From sequence record KM389300.1: a stretch of 25,803 bases of DNA. One strand, 5' to 3'. Positions 6,579-14,687 of the stretch are shown here, piece by piece; within the stretch, counting starts at the first letter, position 1; every line of letters starts with the position of its first letter. The notes under the pieces were generated by a model. It ran no database searches. It was not told where the DNA came from and saw only the letters and a list, made by a program, of their open reading frames with translations. Source of the stretch: Escherichia phage CBA6. Both the position numbers and the translations under genes were made by a program.

Positions 6579-9575
6579 ATGACTGTTTTCTATACGAACG
6601 TTGCCCGACAGGGTAACGACCTTCTGATTCGTATCGCAGACGACAACGGCAATCGCCGCATGTTGCGTAAGAAATTCGAACCCACCTTGTATTTACCCAC
6701 AGCTGATTATTCCAAAGTTGAAAAGATTGGCCTCCTCAATGAACCGTTGGTGTCTAAAAAGTTTGCATCAATGCGAGACGCTGACAACTATCTTGAGGAG
6801 TACAAGGAGGTCGAAGGGGCTGCGGTGTATGGACAAACGGATTATGCATATCAATTCATCGCCCATAGTTTTCCTGGGATGATCACACCTGATTATTCAA
6901 ATATCCACATCGCCAACGTGGATATCGAAGTGTTCTCGGCTGGTTGGCGTGACGGAGAAATGACTAAAGGTCCATTCCCACACGCAACGATTGAATCTCA
7001 CACGTTTAAAGGCAGCGAGGCGCGGGTTCGTCGTTTCCATAAGCAAGTACTGGCCAACCATGATTTCGTTCGGGAGCATTTCCCTGGTTCCTTTATTTCC
7101 AATAACGTGACTGACCAATTCCCTATAATTGACAGTAACGGTAAAATCACACAGAACATGAATGCGGCGTTCCCTATTACGCTGATACAGCTCCAAGATA
7201 TGAATACCAATAAATTCTATGTCTGGGGCATGCCGTGTTCCAAGGATCGCCATAAATTCAAATATGACCCCAATGATGAAGAAGTCGGCGGTCTTGAGGT
7301 TGAATATAAAGAATATACGACGGAACAAGATCTGCTTCGCGCCTTCTTAGATTACTGGTCGGAACGTCAATTTGACGGTTGGACGGGGTGGAACATTGAA
7401 ACGTTCGATAGCCCCTATTTGGTTGAACGAATTATGCAGGTTCTTGGTGAATCTGAAGCCCAGCGCCTCAGTCCTTGGGGTAAACTCAAGAAACGTTTCA
7501 TCAAAGACCGTAAAGGCGACGTGACTTCTTATCAATTCGTGGGTTGTCCTATGATGGACTACATGCAAGTTTACAAGAAACACACTTACACCACCCGCGA
7601 AAAATACTCACTGGACTGGATCGCTTATTGTGAACTCGGTGAGAAGAAGTTGGATTATAGTGAAAGCAAATCATTGTATGACCTTTATTTCAATGATTAT
7701 TGCAAGCATACGCGATATGGTATCAAAGACGTCAAGCTGGTGTGGCGCTTAGAACAAAAACTGCGTTTGATACAGCTGATGTTTGTATTGGCTTATCGCA
7801 CTAAATCCAACTATGAAGACGGTCTCGGCACTGTAGCACCGTGGCTGGCAATGTGCTATTATCGTCTTTATGAGAAGGGGATTGTCCCGAAAATCCAGCG
7901 CGTCTATGATGGGCCAACAGATTTTGAAGGCGCATATGTCATGGAGGTTGCCCCAGGGATATATTTCTGGGTCTTCTCTGAGGACTTAAACTCCCTGTAT
8001 CCCCACATCATACAGCAATACAACCTTGGTCCAGAGACTATCGTTTCTGATAAGCACACACGCCGTGATATTATTGAGGCCATGTGTGAGGAATTGACCA
8101 AAGCGATGAATGATATGACAACGCCGATGAATAAACGTCGTCATCTCAAAAATCTTCACGACAAGTTGCAGCGTGCTATTGATGAACGCATACAAGTTGT
8201 TGATGAATTGGTCGCGCTGGGCGAATTCCATTTTGAAACACTACGCCGATATAACGTTTCGTTTACCCCGAACGTTCAGTTCTTCAGTAATGAGAAGATG
8301 TCCTTCCTTTCCGAAATTATGCGAGGCATATACGCTGACCGTAAAGGAGAGAAAGCAACTGGCCTGAAGTATGAGCAATGGGCTGGTTGGTGTAAGGAAA
8401 TGTCTAAAGGTGATTTCCACCTTGAATCCGCCATGAAGTCTCGTTTCTACGATCCTGAATGGTATGAAGAACACAAGCACATCGATCTTGATCACCTGAC
8501 TGAAGTCATGCACAAGTGGGAAGATCTGGGGGTTGCTCAAGATACGTTACAACAAGGTCTGAAGATCTTGATGAACGCAGGTTATGGCGCAATCTCCAAC
8601 GTCTGGTTTAAAGAATACTTCAACATCAACATCGCTGAAGCAATCACCACTTCCGGCCAGCTGATCAACAAATGGAACAAACGCCACACCGATGATTATC
8701 TGAACAAACTTTGCGGCACTACTGGTCAGGATTTTGTTATCGCGGGTGATACTGACTCCAACTACATTTGCATTGAACGTCTGGTCAAGCAATTGTGGCC
8801 TGAAGAAAAGGATCATCACAAACTCGTTGATAACATTGACCAATGGATCAAAGAGAATTACCAGCCAAAAACCAGTGAATGGGCGCAGTTGTTGTGTAAT
8901 ACCATGAACGGGTTTGAGCAGCGCATGGTCTGGGAACGTGAGGTCATCGCATCGTCTGCTGTATGGCGAGCCAAGAAGATGTATTGCATGGCAGTATACG
9001 ATAGCGAAGGCATCAAGTATGAGAAGCCAAAGATCAAATTCAAAGGTCTGGAAGCGCGTAAATCTACAACGCCGGAATGGTGTCGTGAGCGTCTGGTTAA
9101 ATGCTATGAGAAAGTTCTGCTGGGGACGGAGGCTGAAGTTCAGGAATTGATCGCGGGTTATAAGAAGGAATATATGGAATTAACCGTGGATGATATTGCT
9201 CAAGCCTCTGGCGTTAGTGATATTGAGAAGTGGTTAGACGGCAACGGAAATTATATCAGTGGCACACACTTTGCTGCCAAGGCTTGTATTATGTACAACA
9301 AGCTGATAGACAAGCATGAAGACCTCGGTCTCCCGCCGATAGAATCTGGCGATAAGGTTAAAATCATTAACCTGAAACCTGGGAACCCTGTGGGGAACGA
9401 CCGCATAGCCTTCCCTGACTTCCTCCCTCCGGAGTTGGGGCTGGATAAGTGGGTAGATTACCACACCACGTTTGAAAAGACCTTCATAGAGCCGATTCAG
9501 TCTATTCTAGACGTGGTTGGTTGGTCTCACAAACGTCGAGTTAATCTGTTGTCCATGATGGGCAAGAAAGGTTGA
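6579..9575 (+). CDS. DNA polymerase, family B (T4 gp43-like), 999 aa
   Basis: N-terminus MTVFYTNVARQGN... resembles T4 gp43 MKEFYISIETVGN...; exo I motif VDIEVF; motif A DLNSLYPHII; motif C IAGDTDSNYI; start at 6579 chosen for SD GGAG (6568..6571) rather than the SD-less ORF start at 6477. Confidence 0.93.
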   Translation: MTVFYTNVARQGNDLLIRIADDNGNRRMLRKKFEPTLYLPTADYSKVEKIGLLNEPLVSKKFASMRDADNYLEEYKEVEGAAVYGQTDYAYQFIAHSFPGMITPDYSNIHIANVDIEVFSAGWRDGEMTKGPFPHATIESHTFKGSEARVRRFHKQVLANHDFVREHFPGSFISNNVTDQFPIIDSNGKITQNMNAAFPITLIQLQDMNTNKFYVWGMPCSKDRHKFKYDPNDEEVGGLEVEYKEYTTEQDLLRAFLDYWSERQFDGWTGWNIETFDSPYLVERIMQVLGESEAQRLSPWGKLKKRFIKDRKGDVTSYQFVGCPMMDYMQVYKKHTYTTREKYSLDWIAYCELGEKKLDYSESKSLYDLYFNDYCKHTRYGIKDVKLVWRLEQKLRLIQLMFVLAYRTKSNYEDGLGTVAPWLAMCYYRLYEKGIVPKIQRVYDGPTDFEGAYVMEVAPGIYFWVFSEDLNSLYPHIIQQYNLGPETIVSDKHTRRDIIEAMCEELTKAMNDMTTPMNKRRHLKNLHDKLQRAIDERIQVVDELVALGEFHFETLRRYNVSFTPNVQFFSNEKMSFLSEIMRGIYADRKGEKATGLKYEQWAGWCKEMSKGDFHLESAMKSRFYDPEWYEEHKHIDLDHLTEVMHKWEDLGVAQDTLQQGLKILMNAGYGAISNVWFKEYFNINIAEAITTSGQLINKWNKRHTDDYLNKLCGTTGQDFVIAGDTDSNYICIERLVKQLWPEEKDHHKLVDNIDQWIKENYQPKTSEWAQLLCNTMNGFEQRMVWEREVIASSAVWRAKKMYCMAVYDSEGIKYEKPKIKFKGLEARKSTTPEWCRERLVKCYEKVLLGTEAEVQELIAGYKKEYMELTVDDIAQASGVSDIEKWLDGNGNYISGTHFAAKACIMYNKLIDKHEDLGLPPIESGDKVKIINLKPGNPVGNDRIAFPDFLPPELGLDKWVDYHTTFEKTFIEPIQSILDVVGWSHKRRVNLLSMMGKKG

Positions 9576-9588
9576 TTCAATAAAACAA

Positions 9589-9608
9589 AGGGGGATATAA
9601 TTCCCCCT
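9589..9608 (+). terminator. hairpin after the DNA polymerase gene, possible terminator
   Basis: Stem AGGGGGA (9589..9595) / TCCCCCT (9602..9608), loop TATAAT; preceded by TTCAATAAAA (9576..9585); T-tract is weak. Confidence 0.45.
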
Positions 9609-9635
9609 GTTATCCCTTTGACAACAGGTATTGTT

Positions 9636-9980
9636 ATGAAACTCAATAAGATTCTTCTGGTGTGTGCTCTGGCTTTCTCTACCACTGCATGCTCTACCCT
9701 TCTGGACGTTGCGTCTACTGTTGACCTCGATGCGCCGACGTTCACCAATCAGCAAGCGGTGAATAAGATGGAAGACACCATCAAGGCACATGCAGCTTTG
9801 GACAACACCACTCCTGGTCCGTTGCAAACTGTTTGCAATTATGATGATTCCATCCAGGAAGATGAAACCTATCACTGCACCACTTACGTGAAGGAATCTT
9901 CTGTGGTTCTGTATGCCGATTGCACCGAAGAGCAATGCACCGCAACGGGTTATGACAATGTGGAGAAATCTGATGAATAA
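9636..9980 (+). CDS. putative lipoprotein (114 aa)
   Basis: ATG at 9636; N-terminus MKLNKILLVCALAFSTTAC resembles a signal peptide with a lipobox-like Cys; acidic, Cys-containing mature part; the ORF track start at 9618 is TTG. Confidence 0.5.
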   Translation: MKLNKILLVCALAFSTTACSTLLDVASTVDLDAPTFTNQQAVNKMEDTIKAHAALDNTTPGPLQTVCNYDDSIQEDETYHCTTYVKESSVVLYADCTEEQCTATGYDNVEKSDE

Positions 9981-10755
9981 TCACGTTGGTCTGTATGACG
10001 CATGTTCTAAAATTGGCGGGTTATATCGCGTTCTGGTGGATGTGGATTTGACTCTGGTTGATTCCCTATCGCCGTGGGTTGAATGGTTCAATATTTCTAA
10101 TTCTAAAGCCGCTGCGGAAAATATGGGATGTCACGACTACCCATCTGAATTTCAACCAATCACCAAAGAGTGTTATATGTCACACGCTGGTGATCTGGCG
10201 ATCCTCATGCGTGAACGCGCGCATCCGGCCTGGTTAACGCGCCGTGTATTCGTTGCTGGTCAGTGGATGGATTCGCCAACAGGACGTGATCCGATGGATT
10301 GGTGGCGTATGCCTGATCTGTATTCCAGAATGTCACCACTGCCAGGGGCTGTTGAATTCCTTACGAATTTAAAGGCCGCTCTCCTTCAGAAGTTTGAGCA
10401 AGTGGAAATGGTGGCTGTTACAAAATGCGAACCGGAACACGAACGCAGCAAGCGTCAGTTCATATACCATCACTTTGAATCGTTGATTAATGGGTTCGTG
10501 AGCACGGATGAAAAGCATCTGCTTGCTGGCGATGTCCTGATCGACGACAATCCGAAGTATGTTGAGCCGTGTGCCCTGAATAACATCTTCGTCATCTTCG
10601 TCCCTCAGGGCAATTATGAAAAACTGGATCTTTCGAATTGCGAGGATATGCTTTATATTAAGCATGTAGAAGGCCAAAACCACTTTGACTTCTTGAATCG
10701 TAACCTCGATGAAGTGGTGAATCGCCTGGTTTCTCATTATCAATATGTCCGATAG
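9973..10755 (+). CDS. HAD-superfamily phosphatase, 5'(3')-deoxyribonucleotidase-like (260 aa)
   Basis: Start ATG 9973 with SD GGAG (9962..9965), overlapping the upstream stop; HAD motif I VLVDVDLTLVD (DxDxT) and motif IV GDVLIDDNP. Confidence 0.65.
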   Translation: MNNHVGLYDACSKIGGLYRVLVDVDLTLVDSLSPWVEWFNISNSKAAAENMGCHDYPSEFQPITKECYMSHAGDLAILMRERAHPAWLTRRVFVAGQWMDSPTGRDPMDWWRMPDLYSRMSPLPGAVEFLTNLKAALLQKFEQVEMVAVTKCEPEHERSKRQFIYHHFESLINGFVSTDEKHLLAGDVLIDDNPKYVEPCALNNIFVIFVPQGNYEKLDLSNCEDMLYIKHVEGQNHFDFLNRNLDEVVNRLVSHYQYVR

Positions 10756-10764
10756 GAGCACATC

Positions 10765-11070
10765 GTGCAAGAACAAAATAAAGTTGTAGAAAGCCCTGAC
10801 AAGCGTTCCGGTGACAGTGATATGGATGGTATCATTATCCATGTAAACAACTTCATCCGTAATCAGAATCCACCAACTTCCGTTGGCGCAGCGTTGGAAT
10901 TAAAACGAGTTCTGATTGAAAACGGTATGGCACCTGATGACGACGAAATTTTCTATAACTTTGATGACCAGTATAAAGTGAAGTTTGTTGAGAATGGTCA
11001 TCCGCAAGTTGCCGTGTTTTGGGCACCTTGGTTGGGTGGAGTGAGTTGGCGCATTGAGGATGCTGCATAA
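10765..11070 (+). CDS. hypothetical protein (101 aa)
   Basis: GTG start at 10765 with SD TAGGAG (10753..10758); stop overlaps the kinase start (TAATG at 11068..11072). Confidence 0.5.
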   Translation: MQEQNKVVESPDKRSGDSDMDGIIIHVNNFIRNQNPPTSVGAALELKRVLIENGMAPDDDEIFYNFDDQYKVKFVENGHPQVAVFWAPWLGGVSWRIEDAA

Positions 11071-11984
11071 TGGCAAAGATCATCGTAATCAAAGGAACCA
11101 GCGGCACGGGTAAAGGCACTCGTGTCGTACAGTTCATCGAGTGGCTCCGCACTAAGCTGAAGCCGACTGAATTGTCGTACACTGTTGGGGATAAGACGCG
11201 CTCCTTCGGCCTGAAATTTGAAGAGCTGAAGTTAATCTTCGTCGGCCAATACACAGTGTCCAATAAATCCGGCCTGGCGTCTTGGACCTCTATGGACGCC
11301 ATTCATGCTGCCACAGGCTCTGGGGATATTGCTCGCGACCTCGTCAAGGGTTGGCTGGCTCAGGGATATACCCTGGTGTGTGAGGGCGAACCTCTGATGC
11401 TGTCGGACAAGTGGCGTCCTGAATGGATGTTCAATAACTATCCGATTGATTCTTTGGCGCTGCTGTACTTTGCATATCCAGACCGCTATCAGTACGATGC
11501 CCGCATCCGTGGACGCTCTGGTAAAGAAGCGGGGGATTCCGGCTGGTCGCGCAACGAATCTTACTCCAAGGAGTTCGAGAAGTCCAAGGCTGAAATGCTG
11601 GCGCTTGGCTGGAATGTTGCCGTGGATGATTACAGTGGGCAAGACGTTTTGTACCACCAAACGGCTACGAACACCCAAGAATTCAAGACTGGGAATGATA
11701 GCGAATTGGCTATGTTGCCGTTCGACGCCCCGTTGTGGGTGGTGGGTAATGCTATCTATCATCAGCTTGGCACAGTTTGCCGCGCTAACAATCTGATGTC
11801 GAAAGACTTCTACGGCTATTGCGAAACCAATCCGATGACGCGTGAAGTCGGCGGTCAGGATCCTTTGGCTCACAGAGTGCCTGAGAAGCCGCAGAAGGCA
11901 TCCAAAACTAAAAACAAGGCCGTCGCCAAGGAAGAACCAAAGACCTCATCCGTGTCCCTTCTGGGGCTAATGCGTAAGGTGTAG
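11070..11984 (+). CDS. P-loop kinase, NMP-kinase-like Walker A; candidate nucleic-acid (5-hydroxymethyl-pyrimidine DNA) kinase
   Basis: N-terminal Walker A GTSGTGKGT (the GxxGxGKGT form typical of adenylate/NMP kinases) at residues 9-17; 304 aa; C-terminal tail KTSSVSLLGLMRKV matches the polymerase tail. Confidence 0.7.
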   Translation: MAKIIVIKGTSGTGKGTRVVQFIEWLRTKLKPTELSYTVGDKTRSFGLKFEELKLIFVGQYTVSNKSGLASWTSMDAIHAATGSGDIARDLVKGWLAQGYTLVCEGEPLMLSDKWRPEWMFNNYPIDSLALLYFAYPDRYQYDARIRGRSGKEAGDSGWSRNESYSKEFEKSKAEMLALGWNVAVDDYSGQDVLYHQTATNTQEFKTGNDSELAMLPFDAPLWVVGNAIYHQLGTVCRANNLMSKDFYGYCETNPMTREVGGQDPLAHRVPEKPQKASKTKNKAVAKEEPKTSSVSLLGLMRKV

Positions 11985-11987
11985 ATA

Positions 11988-12191
11988 ATGAAAAAGATGT
12001 CTAAATATTTTGTGTTCGTCGGTCTGGTGATGTGCTTTTCAGCTATGCTTGTCGGTGTTATGAAATATTTGGGCATCGTTGAATTAGACTCAACCGAAAT
12101 ATTGAATGTTTACGCGTTATATTATTCGGGCGGTGTCGCTTTATTAACGCCGTTCGTTTACAACATAATTGAAAGTTTCAAAAGGAATTAA
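11988..12191 (+). CDS. small hydrophobic protein (67 aa), probably two TM helices
   Basis: ATG at 11988 with SD AAGGTG (11975..11980); hydrophobic segments FVFVGLVMCFSAMLVGV and GGVALLTPFVYNII. Confidence 0.45.
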   Translation: MKKMSKYFVFVGLVMCFSAMLVGVMKYLGIVELDSTEILNVYALYYSGGVALLTPFVYNIIESFKRN

Positions 12192-12192
12192 A

Positions 12193-12543
12193 ATGAAAAT
12201 TCTTATTCCACGCAATGCCATTGCTATTGCTGTTGACTATCGTGGCGATGCCAATATGATTAACGCTGTCCGATATTATCCGGAACAGAATAAAATCATT
12301 CCCCAATTCCAGCTGAACACCAATCCATCTTCTAAAGATTTCGGTGCATGGCGGCAAATTGGGTTGGCACGGACTCAGGTTAATGCCCAGCATTATATTT
12401 CTGAAAAAACGAAAACCGCCAAGCAAATCTGGGTAGTATCCAATGACCGTCGGTTCCTTCCAATTTGGTCTTTGGGCCAGCCCGTTTTAAACCCTGAAGA
12501 TATCCAACTCGAAGCCGAGGTGAAGGATGACGCATCTATCTAA
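12193..12543 (+). CDS. hypothetical protein (116 aa)
   Basis: ATG at 12193 with SD AGGA (12183..12186); the ORF track start at 12169 is TTG. Confidence 0.5.
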   Translation: MKILIPRNAIAIAVDYRGDANMINAVRYYPEQNKIIPQFQLNTNPSSKDFGAWRQIGLARTQVNAQHYISEKTKTAKQIWVVSNDRRFLPIWSLGQPVLNPEDIQLEAEVKDDASI

Positions 12544-13762
12544 AATGCCGACAGGTTATACGCCTCCGGCTGAATGGAAGTACCCAATTGATTTGTCAAT
12601 CGATTATCGTAAGCCAGAGAATCGGATGTATCTGCTCAAAGCATGGGTGGAGGCGCTGTCGTATACGGAAGAACACAACCAACAAGTTCGTCTGATGGAT
12701 TATGCGATTGAAGTCACTGAAGGCATTACGCAGCTTGAGAAGATCGAGCGCAAGATCTGGATGGCGTTCCTTTGGGGCTGTTGTTATAATGGGATTGGCC
12801 CATGGACGATTTATAGTGAGTTTCCTGTACCGCCTCAGTCACCACAAGAGTTCAAGCGATTCTGTGATTGGTATAACCTGAACTTCGAGCGTATGCGATT
12901 CGATACTGATTGCCGCTATCGCAAATCGAAGATGATCCCGTGTGTTCAGTCCTACATTGATTGGCTGGCTGGTCGTACTCAGATGGATGCTTTCCGTCCG
13001 TTGTTGGAGACTAAACTGCAAAGTGATCAATTCGTTAAGCTATGGGACACGGCTATGGGGTGGAAATACTTCGGTCGCCTGAGCGCCTGGAACTTCCTGG
13101 AAGCCCTGAACATGGTATTCGGCAACATGTATCAGATCGACGTCCCTGGGTTCATGTTGCGTGACCGTGATGGTAGTGAGTCCAACCGCAACGGCGCGGC
13201 ATTCTTGTCAAACCGTGACGACTGGGTGACCAAGCACGGAAAGAAAAAGATCAACGGCTGTCCTATCACCGATGAAGAATGCGACATCCTTGAGGCTGAT
13301 CTTGAACAGGCATTCAAAGATTGTGTCGCCGAGTTTGGTCACATCACGTTCATCAATCGTTTGAACTTTGAGACTTCCGGCGCTTGTTGGCTTAAGAAAT
13401 TCTTCCGTCTGAAAAACACTCGTTACATCGGGTGGGATGCCGAGCGTACTTGGGATGAGATCGACTACATGGAACGCATCTGGCCTGAGTACTCCTGTAA
13501 GGCATTATGGGAAGCCCGTTCCCTCTGGCTACCAGATACCCTGTTATGCGAAAAAGCTCCTGCAGGGCACGTTCCTGGCGTCCAGAAGTGGAAGATGCCT
13601 GTGTTCTTTGAGACGGGTGTTCCTCTACATATATGGCACCTGCAGCAGGGTACGCGTTGGGAACCATCTGAGGTTTACACTAATCTGAAAATGCCCGTCC
13701 GGAAGATAGATGACAATCCGAAGTCGACCAGTGTAAACCTCATGTCTTTGTTGAAACGATGA
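12527..13762 (+). CDS. hypothetical Trp-rich enzyme (411 aa); candidate DNA base-modifying transferase carrying the polymerase-like C-terminal tail
   Basis: ATG at 12527 with SD GAGGTG (alternative in-frame ATG at 12545); no motif I can name; C-terminal tail KSTSVNLMSLLKR matches the polymerase and kinase tails; two genes downstream of the kinase. Confidence 0.6.
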   Translation: MTHLSKMPTGYTPPAEWKYPIDLSIDYRKPENRMYLLKAWVEALSYTEEHNQQVRLMDYAIEVTEGITQLEKIERKIWMAFLWGCCYNGIGPWTIYSEFPVPPQSPQEFKRFCDWYNLNFERMRFDTDCRYRKSKMIPCVQSYIDWLAGRTQMDAFRPLLETKLQSDQFVKLWDTAMGWKYFGRLSAWNFLEALNMVFGNMYQIDVPGFMLRDRDGSESNRNGAAFLSNRDDWVTKHGKKKINGCPITDEECDILEADLEQAFKDCVAEFGHITFINRLNFETSGACWLKKFFRLKNTRYIGWDAERTWDEIDYMERIWPEYSCKALWEARSLWLPDTLLCEKAPAGHVPGVQKWKMPVFFETGVPLHIWHLQQGTRWEPSEVYTNLKMPVRKIDDNPKSTSVNLMSLLKR

Positions 13763-13770
13763 TATAAATA
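13763..13770 (+). promoter_or_regulatory. T4 late-type promoter box TATAAATA
   Basis: Exact TATAAATA at 13763..13770, about 30 nt upstream of the ATG at 13801; the only exact copy I found in the window. Confidence 0.5.
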
Positions 13771-13800
13771 TCCTTGCTTATAAAAGTGAGGATATAAATC

Positions 13801-13968
13801 ATGTTACAAGATCTGTTGGTGTATGCGCTCCCAGGCGTGGTTGTTGGTTTCATTGCTGGCGCTCTGGTTTTTCGTAAACACGCGCAAGACGGTGAAGCCA
13901 TCGTCCAGAAAGGTAAAGAGATTCTGGACCAAATTGAAGCCAAGCTGGAAGAGCTGAAGAAAAAGTAA
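13801..13968 (+). CDS. small single-pass membrane protein (55 aa; below the ORF-track size cutoff)
   Basis: ATG at 13801 with SD GTGAGGA (13786..13792); TM segment LLVYALPGVVVGFIAGALVF; charged C-terminal helix; followed by a strong terminator. Confidence 0.45.
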   Translation: MLQDLLVYALPGVVVGFIAGALVFRKHAQDGEAIVQKGKEILDQIEAKLEELKKK

Positions 13969-13996
13969 TCTGACTGCGATTGCGTTCTTCAATAAA

Positions 13997-14034
13997 GGGG
14001 AATGGGTTATTATTAGCCCGTTCCCCTTTCTTTT
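13997..14034 (+). terminator. intrinsic terminator
   Basis: 10-bp stem GGGGAATGGG (13997..14006) / CCCGTTCCCC (14017..14026) with one G-U pair, then TTTCTTTT; preceded by the conserved 18-mer CGTTCTTCAATAAAGGGG (13983..14000). Confidence 0.75.
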
Positions 14035-14049
14035 ACAAGGAAATACATC

Positions 14050-14304
14050 ATGGCAATGCAACGAATTGAAGATATGGACTCCCTCGATATTGAATCTATG
14101 GTATCGGTGATTCTGGAAGAAGATCATAAAAATCCAACAAAATACCAGATGACTGAGTTAGGCGATGCTGATGCTCTTTGGAATATACTGAACGGCAACA
14201 AAAATTCCGGCAAGAGTGCGTTTGGTCTACTACATGGCGAGGGGCAAGGCGGTTTCCGTCGCGGTGAACTGAATATTATCTGTGCCGGAGGGATTACGAG
14301 ATGA
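14050..14304 (+). CDS. hypothetical protein (84 aa)
   Basis: ATG at 14050 with SD AAGGAAA (14037..14043); stop overlaps the next start (ATGA). Confidence 0.5.
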   Translation: MAMQRIEDMDSLDIESMVSVILEEDHKNPTKYQMTELGDADALWNILNGNKNSGKSAFGLLHGEGQGGFRRGELNIICAGGITR

Positions 14305-14687
14305 TGCGCCCCGAATACAAACAATATTTGTACGATCTGTTCATGAAAGAAACAGACGGCGTGTTACATCCTAAGAAAGCGACTATTGTTAAATTGCATT
14401 CTGAAGGTGATTTGTCTATTGCATATATTCGGAAAGAACTCGATTTGATGGGTATTGAATATGAAGACCATATCACTGATACACGTGCTTTAAAAAGAGC
14501 GACAGCAATCGTTCTTCATACCGTTGCAACAATTATGCATCGCCACCATGTTTCTTTTGACGATGCAATGACTCCACAGTATCATGAAGAACGTTGGGAT
14601 CTGTTGTTGAAAAATGGAGCTGAATCAGATCATAAAAATCAACTTCTTGGTATGACGAAGGAACAACTCGTGGATGGTGTGTTATGA
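14301..14687 (+). CDS. hypothetical protein (128 aa)
   Basis: ATG at 14301 with SD GGAGGG (14287..14292); stop overlaps the next start. Confidence 0.55.
   Translation: MMRPEYKQYLYDLFMKETDGVLHPKKATIVKLHSEGDLSIAYIRKELDLMGIEYEDHITDTRALKRATAIVLHTVATIMHRHHVSFDDAMTPQYHEERWDLLLKNGAESDHKNQLLGMTKEQLVDGVL

Noticed and set aside
6579-9575. Intein or homing-endonuclease insertion in the DNA polymerase gene
   Set aside because: The ORF is continuous and the conserved exo I, motif A and motif C blocks appear in normal order. I saw no intein splice-junction or LAGLIDADG/HNH-like signature; this was checked only by eye.
9507-11302. Several - strand ORFs of 140-160 aa (9507..9935, 10369..10842, 10853..11302)
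   Set aside because: All are antisense to + strand genes with SD sites and motifs (lipoprotein, HAD phosphatase, kinase). None has a convincing start context.
11232-11873. 213-aa ORF on the - strand
   Set aside because: It lies entirely antisense within the P-loop kinase gene, which has a Walker A motif and SD-supported start. Its Arg-rich composition is typical of antisense frames.
13793-13800. Second late-promoter-like box TATAAATC
   Set aside because: It is a 7/8 match and ends 1 nt before the ATG at 13801, so any transcript from it would lack the SD and start codon of that gene.
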